From Actinomycetaceae bacterium (GTDB taxonomy: Bacteria > Actinomycetota > Actinomycetes > Actinomycetales > Actinomycetaceae): a stretch of DNA of 24,000 nucleotides. Location: positions 1-24,000 of the forward strand of contig JAAYWS010000052.1 of the NCBI GenBank assembly GCA_012516575.1. The letters are read 5' to 3'. Positions 1 to 8,622 of this stretch are shown here, in pieces; the stretch's first letter is position 1; each line of letters starts with the position of its first letter. Made by a program: the position numbers and the translations under genes. The notes under the pieces are model-generated. The model had not been told where the DNA came from. It searched no databases and saw only the letters and a program-made list of their open reading frames with translations.

Positions 1-152
1 CTACGCTGCCGCTCCTTTTTAACCCACACCCCAAGAGTCTGCTCCACTAAGCCCAGCTCTTGAGCCACATGACTAATCGGCCGCCCAGTATCAATCACCT
101 GACCAGCCGCATCCCGACGAAACTCAACAGTAAAACGTCTACGAGTACCCAT
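1..152 (-). CDS. IS3-family transposase OrfA (HTH N-terminal part), partial; continues beyond the left edge
   Basis: Absent from the ORF track because there is no stop in the window. Hand translation of the minus strand from ATG at 152 gives MGTRRRFTVEFRRDAAGQVIDTGRPISHVAQELGLVEQTLGVWVKKERQR..., a typical IS3/IS911 OrfA helix-turn-helix N-terminus. A GGGGGAG Shine-Dalgarno lies about 8 nt upstream. Confidence 0.8.
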   Translation of the reverse strand, partial: MGTRRRFTVEFRRDAAGQVIDTGRPISHVAQELGLVEQTLGVWVKKERQR

Positions 153-242
153 GACACCATTCTCCCCCAGGCAAGACCAACCCACACGAGCCAATCCCAT
201 CAAACTAAGTGTCAACAAAACACGGAGAACCCCAGTTGGTCA
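1..242 (-). mobile_element. Inward end of an IS3-family insertion sequence (terminal repeat plus 5' part of orfA); rest of the element lies outside the window
   Basis: The minus strand reads TGACCAACTGGGGTTCTCCGTG... starting at 242, a TG-initiated terminus as in IS3-family inverted repeats, about 90 nt upstream of the orfA ATG. The exact boundary is inferred, not proven. Confidence 0.6.
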
Positions 243-575
243 TTATCCGATTCCCGCTGCGGAAAGAAGTTCGCTTTCTAAGTATCCAAACGTGTAGTCT
301 TCGTCCATCCCTTTAGAAAGCCAAATATCGACCGCATCCGAGAGACTAAGGGACTCATCAGATCCCCACAATGACTGATCAAGATCCTCATCATCTTCTG
401 CATAGGAAACATGGTTACCATATTCGTCAACAATATTGTCTTCCGAAATACTGTTTGAATAGCCGCATTCAGCGCATTCCCATTCGGTGTTATTATCATC
501 AAAACCACTTTGCCCATTTAGGAATGCATTGCAGTTATCGCACCACCAATCAACATTAGGAAAGCGCTCACTCAT
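243..575 (-). CDS. Hypothetical small zinc-ribbon protein (CxxC...CxxC) with acidic C-terminal half
   Basis: 110-aa ORF with a strong RBS (AAGGAGGAG about 7 nt before the ATG). The motif DWWCDNCNAFLNGQSGF...WECAECGYSN has four Cys in zinc-ribbon spacing. The stop codon TAA (243-245) directly abuts the putative IS end at 242. Confidence 0.65.
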   Translation of the reverse strand: MSERFPNVDWWCDNCNAFLNGQSGFDDNNTEWECAECGYSNSISEDNIVDEYGNHVSYAEDDEDLDQSLWGSDESLSLSDAVDIWLSKGMDEDYTFGYLESELLSAAGIG

Positions 576-870
576 CGTCCGTCTCCTCCTTTTCGTTGCC
601 CGCAGAATCTAGCAAATGCACTTGTTGTTTCGAAAGCCATTCCGGTTTCTGGAAACGACTGCTTAACCAATAACGTGCCTTGGCTATCTGTGTTTGTACA
701 AATCGCGAGCGATAGGCGGAATAAACAACTGCGACGAGCGCAACGGCGACTATTGTTTTAATTGCACCTTTCCGTTGCCCGGCACGATCCAAGGCTTTCC
801 GAAATTGTTCCGGCCCACCGTATTGACTCGCGTCCAAGGTCAGCATCGCATAATCCCAGTTCGCACTCAT
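568..870 (-). CDS. Hypothetical single-pass membrane protein
   Basis: I place the start at MSANWDY (ATG at 870), preceded by GGAGGA plus a 6-nt spacer; the track ORF extends to 897. One hydrophobic helix (IKTIVAVALVAVVYSAY). It overlaps the downstream zinc-ribbon gene by 8 nt, which suggests translational coupling. Confidence 0.6.
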   Translation of the reverse strand: MSANWDYAMLTLDASQYGGPEQFRKALDRAGQRKGAIKTIVAVALVAVVYSAYRSRFVQTQIAKARYWLSSRFQKPEWLSKQQVHLLDSAGNEKEETDDE

Positions 871-1071
871 TTTGGTTCCTCCAATCCGTTGAAACAATAA
901 CTGATTACTTACTCAGAAAGTAACACTGATCACTAAAACAAATGTCGAATCGACGTGGACAGCACTTCCCAATCACCAAGGCACCAGACTAAATGCCCAG
1001 CTATACGCTGGCCCCTCGCGCGAAATACGCACGATGGGACGTGCAGTTCTTCATGGCTCACACTCAAACAC

Positions 1072-1102
1072 AACAGTGGCCCGGAATTTCCGGGCCACTG
1101 TT
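1072..1102 (-). terminator. Hairpin downstream of the lyase gene (13-bp GC-rich stem, 5-nt loop)
   Basis: AACAGTGGCCCGG / CCGGGCCACTGTT is perfectly complementary and lies 49 nt after the stop at 1151. The trailing U-tract is weak (GTGTTTGAG). Confidence 0.55.
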
Positions 1103-1150
1103 ACATTTCGTTGTGTGTTGAGTCGTTGACTTAACGATCAGTACGTGTAC

Positions 1151-2599
1151 TTAGAGCGATTCACCAAAGTCTTCGCGGAACTTTGCCAACAGTTGCTGTG
1201 GCCAGTCAGTAAGTGGGCGCATCCGGCCGTAGAAGAAGCGCAGAATCTCCGGCTCTTCTTCCCACTCTAGGCCGCCAATCATCTTGCGGTTCTCGTACAG
1301 CCACGTCACGCGATCAATCATGTAGTTGACCTGTGACAACGTGAATACGCGACGCGGAAGAGCCAGACGCACCAGCTCCATATTAGCTAGCGGCTCAACA
1401 CCGTTGGCATCGCGCTCTTCAGACATCGTGCCGCGTTCCATACCGCGAACACCCGAGGTCAAATACAGGGCAGCGTTCAACGCGCCCGCCGGGTACTGCT
1501 GCTGCGGGATATGATCAACAAAATCCATAGCATTCAGGTGTGCACCCAAACCACCAGCTGGCTTAACCACCGGCACGCCACGCTTGTCGAGCTCTTCAAC
1601 AGCGTACTCAATGAACTGCGGACCATGGGAAATCATGTCGTAATCCATGGTTTCTTCAAGACCGACGACGATTGCTTCCATTTCCCGAACCGACATACCG
1701 CCGTAGGTCAAGAAGCCTTCGAACATTGGCACGAATCCGCGCATCTTGTTGTAGACCTCTTCGTCACGGATGCAGATACCTCCGCCGCGGCCGAAGCCCA
1801 GCTTACGCGCCGAGAAGTAGAAAACATCAGTCAGATCTGCGATTTCACGAGCAATATCGCGGATCTCCCAGTCCTTGAATTCTTCTTCGCGTTCCTTAAT
1901 GAAGTACAGGTTGTCCTGCAGTAGCGAAGCATCGAGCACGAAGGTAACGCCGTACTCGCGGCAAACTGCCGAAACATCCCGGTAGTTCTGCAGGGAAACT
2001 GGCTGACCACCGATCAGGTTCGTACCGGCTTCAATACGAACGAAAGCAACCTTGTCGGCACCAACTTCTTCGATCTTGGCACGCAGAGCGACAATGTCCA
2101 TATCGCCCTTGAACGGGTTATCGCTCACCACATCAAGGCCTTCTGGACGAAGAAGCTCAATAACCGAGCCGCCGTTGGAGGTAATATGCGCCTTCGTCGT
2201 CGTGAAATGGTAGTTCATAATCGTTACTTGGCCCGGCTTCAGCAACGAACGAACGATAATGTTTTCACACGCGCGCCCTTGGTGCGCCGGCAGGAAGTAG
2301 TCCATGCCAAACAATTCGCGCACCTTGTTATACAAGCGCGTATAGGTGGCTGAGCCGGCGTATGCGTCGTCGGCCTGCATCATCGCAGCCTGCTGCTCTT
2401 GGCTCATCGCGTTCACACCCGAGTCGGTGAGCATATCGAGGAATACATCCTTATTTTCCAGCAGGAAGGTGTTATAGCCTGCGTTCTGGATCGCCTCAAG
2501 GCGCTCCTCAATAGGAAGCAGATTCAGCTTCTGGATAATGCGGACTTTATGCATTTCAAGCGGGTATTGCTGTTCGCCATAAAACTTAACGCGAGGCAC
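1151..2599 (-). CDS. tpl: PLP-dependent beta-eliminating lyase of the tryptophanase / tyrosine phenol-lyase family; specificity residues favour tyrosine phenol-lyase
   Basis: 482 aa, GTG start with AGGAG 6 nt upstream. Family motifs: FLLENKDVFLDMLTDSGVNAMS, HQGRACEN, GGQPVSLQN, YFIKEREEEFKDW, SARK (PLP lysine), LPRRVFT. NYHFTTTK, GMERG and ILRFFYG match the TPL Thr124, Arg381 and Phe448 positions. Family confidence is high; TPL versus TnaA is moderate. Confidence 0.75.
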   Translation of the reverse strand: MPRVKFYGEQQYPLEMHKVRIIQKLNLLPIEERLEAIQNAGYNTFLLENKDVFLDMLTDSGVNAMSQEQQAAMMQADDAYAGSATYTRLYNKVRELFGMDYFLPAHQGRACENIIVRSLLKPGQVTIMNYHFTTTKAHITSNGGSVIELLRPEGLDVVSDNPFKGDMDIVALRAKIEEVGADKVAFVRIEAGTNLIGGQPVSLQNYRDVSAVCREYGVTFVLDASLLQDNLYFIKEREEEFKDWEIRDIAREIADLTDVFYFSARKLGFGRGGGICIRDEEVYNKMRGFVPMFEGFLTYGGMSVREMEAIVVGLEETMDYDMISHGPQFIEYAVEELDKRGVPVVKPAGGLGAHLNAMDFVDHIPQQQYPAGALNAALYLTSGVRGMERGTMSEERDANGVEPLANMELVRLALPRRVFTLSQVNYMIDRVTWLYENRKMIGGLEWEEEPEILRFFYGRMRPLTDWPQQLLAKFREDFGESL

Positions 2600-2739
2600 G
2601 TGGAACTCCTAAATACGACATTAATGTCACGCTTATTCTTACCAATTTAAAGCAACTTCGAGCAAACCAAGGCGGTCAGCGACCAGATGGTGGGCACTAA
2701 TACCGTTTTCGGAGCTTATTAAAGCGCTAGCATAAACGT

Positions 2740-3300
2740 ATGCGAAAAATATTTGTTACTTTCGGGATTTTTCTACTAGCTCTTAGCGGTTGCGCGGACG
2801 GCCGTCCGGACGACGGCGAACCTAGCGCAACCGACCAACCCGCCACATCAGATGAGCCAACGGTGTCTGATACCCAAGAACCTGCTCCCGTACCCAACCC
2901 AGTGTTCCACTGCACGGGCACTATTGAATGGAATGCGGGTTCGCTTCCGCCCGAGCACTACTACGAGTGGACAGTGGTCATTACCGAAGCTTCCACCCTA
3001 GACTTCACCATGCGAGCATTGCAGGGCGGCGACGCAGTGTATGAAGAGCTCGGAATCGTACTAACCGCAGATCAGCTCGATGAGTTAGATGATCTGTGTG
3101 AAGAAATTGTTGAACTTCAGGAAGAAGTAGCCCAGTGCCCCAATGACGGCGAAGGCACCCAGCCGCTATCCTGGAACTTCCCCGGAATCGGTGAGGGCAC
3201 CTGCGATGCCTACGATATCTACGAAGACGTTTACGAAGACACTATTGAACTGCTCGGTACGTATTACACAGACGCCCTCGCAGCTAAGGATGCCGCCTAG
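2740..3300 (+). CDS. Hypothetical secreted lipoprotein, acidic, four further Cys after the lipobox Cys
   Basis: Signal peptide with lipobox: MRKIFVTFGIFLLALSG|C. A low-complexity P/T/D/E linker is followed by a roughly 130-aa domain with no family I recognise. Confidence 0.7.
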   Translation: MRKIFVTFGIFLLALSGCADGRPDDGEPSATDQPATSDEPTVSDTQEPAPVPNPVFHCTGTIEWNAGSLPPEHYYEWTVVITEASTLDFTMRALQGGDAVYEELGIVLTADQLDELDDLCEEIVELQEEVAQCPNDGEGTQPLSWNFPGIGEGTCDAYDIYEDVYEDTIELLGTYYTDALAAKDAA

Positions 3301-3327
3301 TCAAACCGTTAGCTGGCTTCGGCTTCA

Positions 3328-3372
3328 AAAATGGCGGGTTTTCAAGAACCTACTCTTGAAAACCCGCCATTT
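3328..3372. terminator. Bidirectional intrinsic terminator between convergent genes
   Basis: Perfect 19-bp stem AAATGGCGGGTTTTCAAGA / TCTTGAAAACCCGCCATTT with a 6-nt loop, flanked by an A-run on the left and TTT on the right. Confidence 0.75.
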
Positions 3373-3410
3373 AGGTCGCGCCGCCATTTGGGTCGCGCTT
3401 AGACAATGTC

Positions 3411-4349
3411 TTAGCGCAACACTTCTCCCGCTCCCAATTCGAGGGCAATCAGCGACTCACGAGACGGAGCACCCTCCCAGTCACCGATATTGCCTACCGC
3501 AAAGGCACCACATATATGCCCACGCTTTAAGCATTCGCTGGAGGTCTTGCCATCAAGCTTGCCTGAAAGGAAACCTGCAACAAAAGCGTCCCCAGCGCCG
3601 ATAGTGTCACGAACGGGCACTTTCATTCCCGGCTCACTTACCGTTGTATCTCGAGTTACTGATGTTGCGGCGCCCGCACTCTTGTACACGACTTCTTCGA
3701 CACCATAGTCAAGTAGTTGTGCAACGCCCTCGTCAATATCTTCGCAACCAGTCAGCATCTGAATTTCTTCCGGACCGCCAAAAACGATAGTGGCGTTGCG
3801 TGCAATCTCAGTCAACACTGGCGCAGCTTCTTCAGGGCTCCAAAGCCGCGAACGATAATTCACGTCAAAGGTAAGCGCAATACCGCGTTGCCGTGCCTCC
3901 CGGGCCAAGTACATAGTGGCTTCGTACGCCTTCGATCCCAAGGCCGGGGTAATACCGGTCAGATGAACATAAGTAGGGTTAAGCGCAAAAATATGTTCAA
4001 TCTGTTCTTTTGTGATCTGCCGTGCCGCTGAATTAGAGCGGTGATAATCGACCGCAAAAGATCCAAGACCAGCATCGCGCGACACCAAAAGACCCGTCGA
4101 GTGTTCATCCGTCATTCGCGCTCCGGTAACATCGACCTGCTCGGCACGAAGACCCCGCTGGATGAGGCTTCCGAAGGTGTCATGTCCGACAGTTCCGACC
4201 CAAGCAGCCTTATGCCCTAACCGGACTAGGCCAATTGCTACGTTTGATTCTGCTCCGGCGAATGAGGCACGCGGGGTACCGCCAAGAGCCGGAATATCTG
4301 TGAACCTAATCGTCCCCATCGTTTCGCCGAATGTTGCAACATCAATCAT
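3411..4349 (-). CDS. kdgK: 2-dehydro-3-deoxygluconokinase (PfkB-family sugar kinase)
   Basis: 312 aa with AAGGAG RBS. NYRSRLW matches the KdgK NYRPRLW motif. It has the PfkB C-terminal signature DTIGAGDAFVAGFL and lies immediately downstream of eda. Confidence 0.8.
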   Translation of the reverse strand: MIDVATFGETMGTIRFTDIPALGGTPRASFAGAESNVAIGLVRLGHKAAWVGTVGHDTFGSLIQRGLRAEQVDVTGARMTDEHSTGLLVSRDAGLGSFAVDYHRSNSAARQITKEQIEHIFALNPTYVHLTGITPALGSKAYEATMYLAREARQRGIALTFDVNYRSRLWSPEEAAPVLTEIARNATIVFGGPEEIQMLTGCEDIDEGVAQLLDYGVEEVVYKSAGAATSVTRDTTVSEPGMKVPVRDTIGAGDAFVAGFLSGKLDGKTSSECLKRGHICGAFAVGNIGDWEGAPSRESLIALELGAGEVLR

Positions 4350-4368
4350 GAAAGCTCCTTTATCATGA

Positions 4369-4971
4369 CTATTTTTCTCTCTCCCAAGAAGTAACTATAT
4401 CTGTGGCACGCGCAGTAATCTCCGCCCAACCACAACTGTTCACCAAATTATCTGAAACCAACGAGCCGCCGACGCCGATCCCAGCACAGCCCAGCCTCCG
4501 GTAGGCCACTGCATTAACCGCATCGACTCCCCCGGTAGGTATTAGCGGAATATCATTAAGCGGTTCTCGGATGGCTTTAATATATTGAGGACCGCCAAGT
4601 GCGCCAACCGGGAACACTTTGACCCCCTGTACTGCCGGATGCCGGTAGGCAGTTTCTATTTCGGTCGGAGTCATGGCCCCGCAATACACATCGATTCCGG
4701 CATCTAGCGCAATGTCGAGCACGTCAGCGTCAATAGTTGGGGTAACGAAAAACTTAGCTCCTGCCGCCGCGGCCGCACGCGCCCCTGCACCGTCGCGTAC
4801 TGTTCCCGCCCCGATTGTTATCTCAGGGTCGTCCGCAAACTGCGCAATGGTTTCTAAGGCCCTCGGCGTCGTGAGTGTCACTTCAACCATGCCAATACCG
4901 CCTGCTGCAATCGCGCGCACAAGTTCTGTGGGGACCGGCTGAGAATGCAAACGGATAATTGCAATAATCAT
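4369..4971 (-). CDS. eda: KDPG / 4-hydroxy-2-oxoglutarate aldolase
   Basis: 200 aa with GAGGA RBS. Motifs GGIGMVEVTLTTP, FFVTP, GVKVFP (Schiff-base Lys context) and PTGGV are typical of Eda. Confidence 0.85.
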   Translation of the reverse strand: MIIAIIRLHSQPVPTELVRAIAAGGIGMVEVTLTTPRALETIAQFADDPEITIGAGTVRDGAGARAAAAAGAKFFVTPTIDADVLDIALDAGIDVYCGAMTPTEIETAYRHPAVQGVKVFPVGALGGPQYIKAIREPLNDIPLIPTGGVDAVNAVAYRRLGCAGIGVGGSLVSDNLVNSCGWAEITARATDIVTSWEREK

Positions 4972-5050
4972 TGTTTTCCTCGTAGATTGGTACGACGCCG
5001 GACAAGCCGTTTTCTATTAGAGTGTTTTGCCCGTCAGCCCATGTTTTGTA

Positions 5051-5084
5051 CTAAAGCGGCCCGCATTTACACGGGCCGCTTTAG
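5051..5084 (-). terminator. Hairpin after tctA (13-bp stem, 8-nt loop)
   Basis: CTAAAGCGGCCCG / CGGGCCGCTTTAG is perfectly complementary and lies 35 nt after the tctA stop. It separates tctCBA from eda-kdgK. The U-tract is weak. Confidence 0.6.
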
Positions 5085-5118
5085 CTTGATACGTTCAGGT
5101 ATTTGTCAGGTAGAAAGT

Positions 5119-6750
5119 TTAACTATCTGACTTGCCCTGATCATTATCGCTAGTAGCTACCGTGGCAACGTCAGCGTCGGTTACGTCAGCCTTCGCAGCT
5201 ACTTCGTCGGCTGTTTCTTTTTCCGCATTTTCGGCGGCAATCTTAGCCGCGGCTGCCTTTTCTGTGCGACGGTTGAAGTAATCCATAAACTTCGGCGAGA
5301 AGAGCATGAGAATCATCAACACGATGAGTACCGCAGAAATCGGACGGGTAAAGAACTGAGTGAAGTCCCAATCCGTCTTGATCACCGAGGACAGGAAGTT
5401 ACGTTCCACAACCGGTCCAAGCACGATTCCCAGAACCACTGGCGCCAACGGTATTCCATAACGTTCAAAGAGCACGCCCAGAATACCGAAGATCAGTACG
5501 ATAATGATCTCGAGGTAGCCGTTGTTAATCGCATAGGCACCCATAACGGATACTGCCACGATGATTGCCATCAGAATAGACCGTGGAATCTTCAGAATCG
5601 AGGACGCACCCTTAATGAGAGCGAAGCCCAGCGGGAAGAGCAACAGATTAGCTATGAAGAACATAATGTACAGGGCGTACAGCGTCTCCGTGTTCTGTGT
5701 AAACAGCGTTGGACCCGGTTCCACTCCCTTAACGATGAGAACACCGATCAGAATTGCGGTAATCGTGTCTCCCGGAATACCAAAAGCGAGCGTCGGAATA
5801 TATGCCGAGGACAGCGCCGCGTTATTCGCTGAGGAAGCACCAGCAATAGCTTCGGTGGATCCGCGGCCAAATTTGCGCGCATCACGCGAAGTTGCCTTCG
5901 TAACACCGTAAGCGATCCAAGCCGCAATATCTGCACCTGCGCCTGGTAGTACTCCAACGATCGAACCGGTAGTGGTTCCCTTAGCAACCGCAGTCTTGTT
6001 CTTGCGAATCTCCTTCAAAGAGTCGCGAACCATACCTTTAGTTTTCACTTCCGGCATCTTACGCACATGCGAAGAATGCGAGGTCACGTTACGCAGTACT
6101 TCGGACAGGCCGAACAGGCCAATCATGGCCGGAATAAAGTCAATTCCACGGTAGAGCTCTGCCATACCAAAGGTAAAACGCGGCTGACCCAGCGTAACGT
6201 CAAGCCCAACGGTTGAGATCAACAGACCAAATACGAGGGCCAACGCACCCTTAACCTGCGAACCTTGCGAAATAATAACCGCTGCGGTTAGACCGAGAAC
6301 TGCCACCCAGAAGTATTCGAAGGAGGTGAAGTTCATCGCGAAGCGACCCAATAGCTGTGCAAGGAAGATCAATACAACAGAACCGATAAGTCCACCAATA
6401 ACCGATGCAACAAGAGACACGCCCAAACTTACGGCGCCGCGACCATTCTTGGTCAGGGAAAAAGCGTCTTCTACATAAGCTGCCGACGACGGCGTACCAG
6501 GCATACGTAGTAATGCACCCGGAACGTCACCAGCGAAAATCGCCATTGCCGACATGGTAATAATCGAGGCAATTGCCGGTACCGGATCCATGAAGAAGGT
6601 GAACGGGATGAGTAGTGCCGCACCAAGCGTTGCCGTGAGGCCTGGGATAGCACCAATTACGAGGCCGAAGATCCCAGCGGCCAGAACAATAAGAATAGTA
6701 GTCGGATCAGCAAAGATCAGACCTACTGCACCAGATAAATTATCAATCAT
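5119..6750 (-). CDS. tctA: Tripartite tricarboxylate transporter (TTT) large permease TctA, with an acidic/Ala-rich C-terminal tail
   Basis: Polytopic membrane protein. The motifs GAIPGLTATLGAALLIPFTF, GVLPGAGADIAAW and IPGDTITAILIG are typical of the TctA family. I prefer the start at MIDNLSGAV (6750), just after the tctB stop, over the track start at 6828. Confidence 0.9.
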   Translation of the reverse strand: MIDNLSGAVGLIFADPTTILIVLAAGIFGLVIGAIPGLTATLGAALLIPFTFFMDPVPAIASIITMSAMAIFAGDVPGALLRMPGTPSSAAYVEDAFSLTKNGRGAVSLGVSLVASVIGGLIGSVVLIFLAQLLGRFAMNFTSFEYFWVAVLGLTAAVIISQGSQVKGALALVFGLLISTVGLDVTLGQPRFTFGMAELYRGIDFIPAMIGLFGLSEVLRNVTSHSSHVRKMPEVKTKGMVRDSLKEIRKNKTAVAKGTTTGSIVGVLPGAGADIAAWIAYGVTKATSRDARKFGRGSTEAIAGASSANNAALSSAYIPTLAFGIPGDTITAILIGVLIVKGVEPGPTLFTQNTETLYALYIMFFIANLLLFPLGFALIKGASSILKIPRSILMAIIVAVSVMGAYAINNGYLEIIIVLIFGILGVLFERYGIPLAPVVLGIVLGPVVERNFLSSVIKTDWDFTQFFTRPISAVLIVLMILMLFSPKFMDYFNRRTEKAAAAKIAAENAEKETADEVAAKADVTDADVATVATSDNDQGKSDS

Positions 6751-6751
6751 T

Positions 6752-7333
6752 TTAGAACCCCAGAATTCCGTTCGGAAGCTGGACGAGTAACACCACTTCA
6801 AAAGCAACATACAAAACCGTAGTGACAATTGCAGACATAATTGTTGCCCGGATGATCTTCTCGTTCAGCGCTATCATAATCGCAGCTAATACGAGGAACA
6901 TGGTAATAATAAAGCCTAATGGCTCGACCAGCAGGATATAGCCAATAATGCCACCGATAACGACTAGCGCATTAACAAGCAAACGCATACCAGATTCATG
7001 GCTGAACTCATAGGTACCGCCGTCACCAGCAGCTTCTTCATCTTCCTCGCTCTGTACAGCGTGAGCTTCCAAAATATCTTCCAGCTCGGTATCTTCTACG
7101 GTTTTACCACGGATTGCTTGAATGAGCAGTACGAGGCCAAACAGGGCAAAGAGAATACCACCAACAACCGGGAATAGACCCGGGCCTAGCTGGCCGGTGG
7201 CTAGACGTTTAAGTCCAAACCCATAAGTAATGATCGCAATACCAGAAACGATCGCGATCAAGGAAATCACCACGTCAGGAATGGCGATACGTCGCCGTTG
7301 CGTGGTCTCCTTTGAGACGTTTTTTGTTTCCAT
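6752..7333 (-). CDS. tctB: TTT small permease TctB, with an acidic loop insertion
   Basis: 193 aa with four hydrophobic segments, positioned between tctC and tctA as in canonical tctCBA. The call rests on position and topology; the sequence itself is poorly conserved. Confidence 0.7.
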   Translation of the reverse strand: METKNVSKETTQRRRIAIPDVVISLIAIVSGIAIITYGFGLKRLATGQLGPGLFPVVGGILFALFGLVLLIQAIRGKTVEDTELEDILEAHAVQSEEDEEAAGDGGTYEFSHESGMRLLVNALVVIGGIIGYILLVEPLGFIITMFLVLAAIMIALNEKIIRATIMSAIVTTVLYVAFEVVLLVQLPNGILGF

Positions 7334-7356
7334 ACAAGTTACTTTCTTCAGACATG

Positions 7357-7382
7357 ACTGTGGCGGCCGAAGCCGCCACAGT
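7357..7382 (-). other. Intra-operon stem-loop between tctC and tctB (11-bp stem, UUCG tetraloop on the transcript)
   Basis: ACTGTGGCGGC TTCG GCCGCCACAGT on the minus strand, 12 nt after the tctC stop, with no U-tract. Confidence 0.5.
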
Positions 7383-7393
7383 TAGCATTTTTA

Positions 7394-8431
7394 TTAGCCA
7401 GCGAGTCCGGCGCTCTCCATCAGCGGACCGAAGGAAGCATCAGATTCCTTCATGAACGCGGTGAAGTCGGTTGCATTGCGGTAGGCAATACGGAATGCGG
7501 AGGCATCCATGACTTCGATGAAAGCGTCACGCTCAACGATTTCTGCAAGGTAGCACTCGAGCTCTTCAACGATCTTCTCATCAGTACCTAGCGGGACAGC
7601 GATTCCACGCCAGGTGCCGCCGACATAGTCGTAGCCAGCATCCGACAGCAACGGAACATCAGAGTAGTTCGGGTCTGTTTCAGTGCCCATAATGGCTAGA
7701 ACGCGCACTTCGCCGGTATCAAGCATGGTACGTACCTCACCAATGGAGGAAGTAACGATGAAGTCAACACCACCAGCAACGAGCTCCTGAACTGCAGGTG
7801 CTGCGCCGTCGGACGGAACCCAAGTAACGGCGTCCTGATCAAGACCTGCTGCTTCAAGGAAGCCAAGTGCAGCCAAGTGGCCAATGCCACCCTGGACCGT
7901 TCCCGAAGCGGTCTTTACGTCGCCAGCTTCGATGCCTGCAACGAGCTCTTCAACGGTCTGGTACGGCGAGTCAGCTGCGACGGTGAGCGCTGCCGAGTCT
8001 TCGTTAACCTGTGCAACAGCCTGTACCGACTCTGGCGTCAGGTCGGTCAGACCCTGCCAGTGCATCATGGCAAGTTCAGCGGTAACGAGGCCAAGAGTCT
8101 GGCCGTCATTCTTCGCATCTGCAATAGCTTGGTGACCTACGACGCCGCCCCCACCGGTACGGTTAACAACGTTCACCTGAACACCGAGGTCCTGTGCAAG
8201 TTCGTTACCGATTGCACGGGCAACCTGGTCAGTACCGCCACCAGCGGAGAATGGAACGATGATTTCAATCGGACCGCTTGGGTAATCCGGAGCTACATCA
8301 CAAACGTGGCCCGAACCAGCATCGCCGCCGGAATCCTTGCCGGCATCAGCGTCTCCGCCACCACAGGCAGAAAGCAGAAGGGCTGCGGAAGCAATTACCG
8401 CAAGGGAGCTCAAACGCTTCTTAGAGGTCAT
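7394..8431 (-). CDS. tctC: TTT substrate-binding lipoprotein (TctC/Bug family)
   Basis: Lipobox LLLSA|C. Bug-family motifs PFSAGGGTDQVAR and VVNRTGGGGVVG. Start taken at MTSKKRL (8431) rather than the track start at 8446. Confidence 0.85.
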   Translation of the reverse strand: MTSKKRLSSLAVIASAALLLSACGGGDADAGKDSGGDAGSGHVCDVAPDYPSGPIEIIVPFSAGGGTDQVARAIGNELAQDLGVQVNVVNRTGGGGVVGHQAIADAKNDGQTLGLVTAELAMMHWQGLTDLTPESVQAVAQVNEDSAALTVAADSPYQTVEELVAGIEAGDVKTASGTVQGGIGHLAALGFLEAAGLDQDAVTWVPSDGAAPAVQELVAGGVDFIVTSSIGEVRTMLDTGEVRVLAIMGTETDPNYSDVPLLSDAGYDYVGGTWRGIAVPLGTDEKIVEELECYLAEIVERDAFIEVMDASAFRIAYRNATDFTAFMKESDASFGPLMESAGLAG

Positions 8432-8579
8432 ATTGTGTCCTATCACTTAGAATTGGGTGACCCACAGGGTCTGAATAAATTAGTGCGAACGTCACGCTCA
8501 TACCACGATGTATTTCGCGCTAATCTCCTTTTGGCTGGCAATTTGACTTTTGTCTAAGATTTGAGGTCTCGATTATGGG

Positions 8580-8612
8580 ATAATAGTTATTCGGAAAACA
8601 AATAACTATTAT
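8580..8612. promoter_or_regulatory. Candidate LysR-type operator: perfect 12-bp inverted repeat with a 9-nt spacer
   Basis: ATAATAGTTATT-cggaaaaca-AATAACTATTAT in the tctC / lysR divergent intergenic region. Confidence 0.45.
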
Positions 8613-8622
8613 GACAATTCGC

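Noticed and set aside
60-281. 73-aa plus-strand ORF at the left edge
   Set aside because: It lies antisense to the recognisable IS3 orfA N-terminus and the IS terminal region. It has a low-complexity T/S/P/H-rich sequence and no RBS.
2600-2739. tnaC-like leader peptide upstream of the lyase gene
   Set aside because: The minus strand of this region contains only a 4-codon ATG ORF and no Trp-containing leader. That fits the enzyme not being a classical tna operon member.
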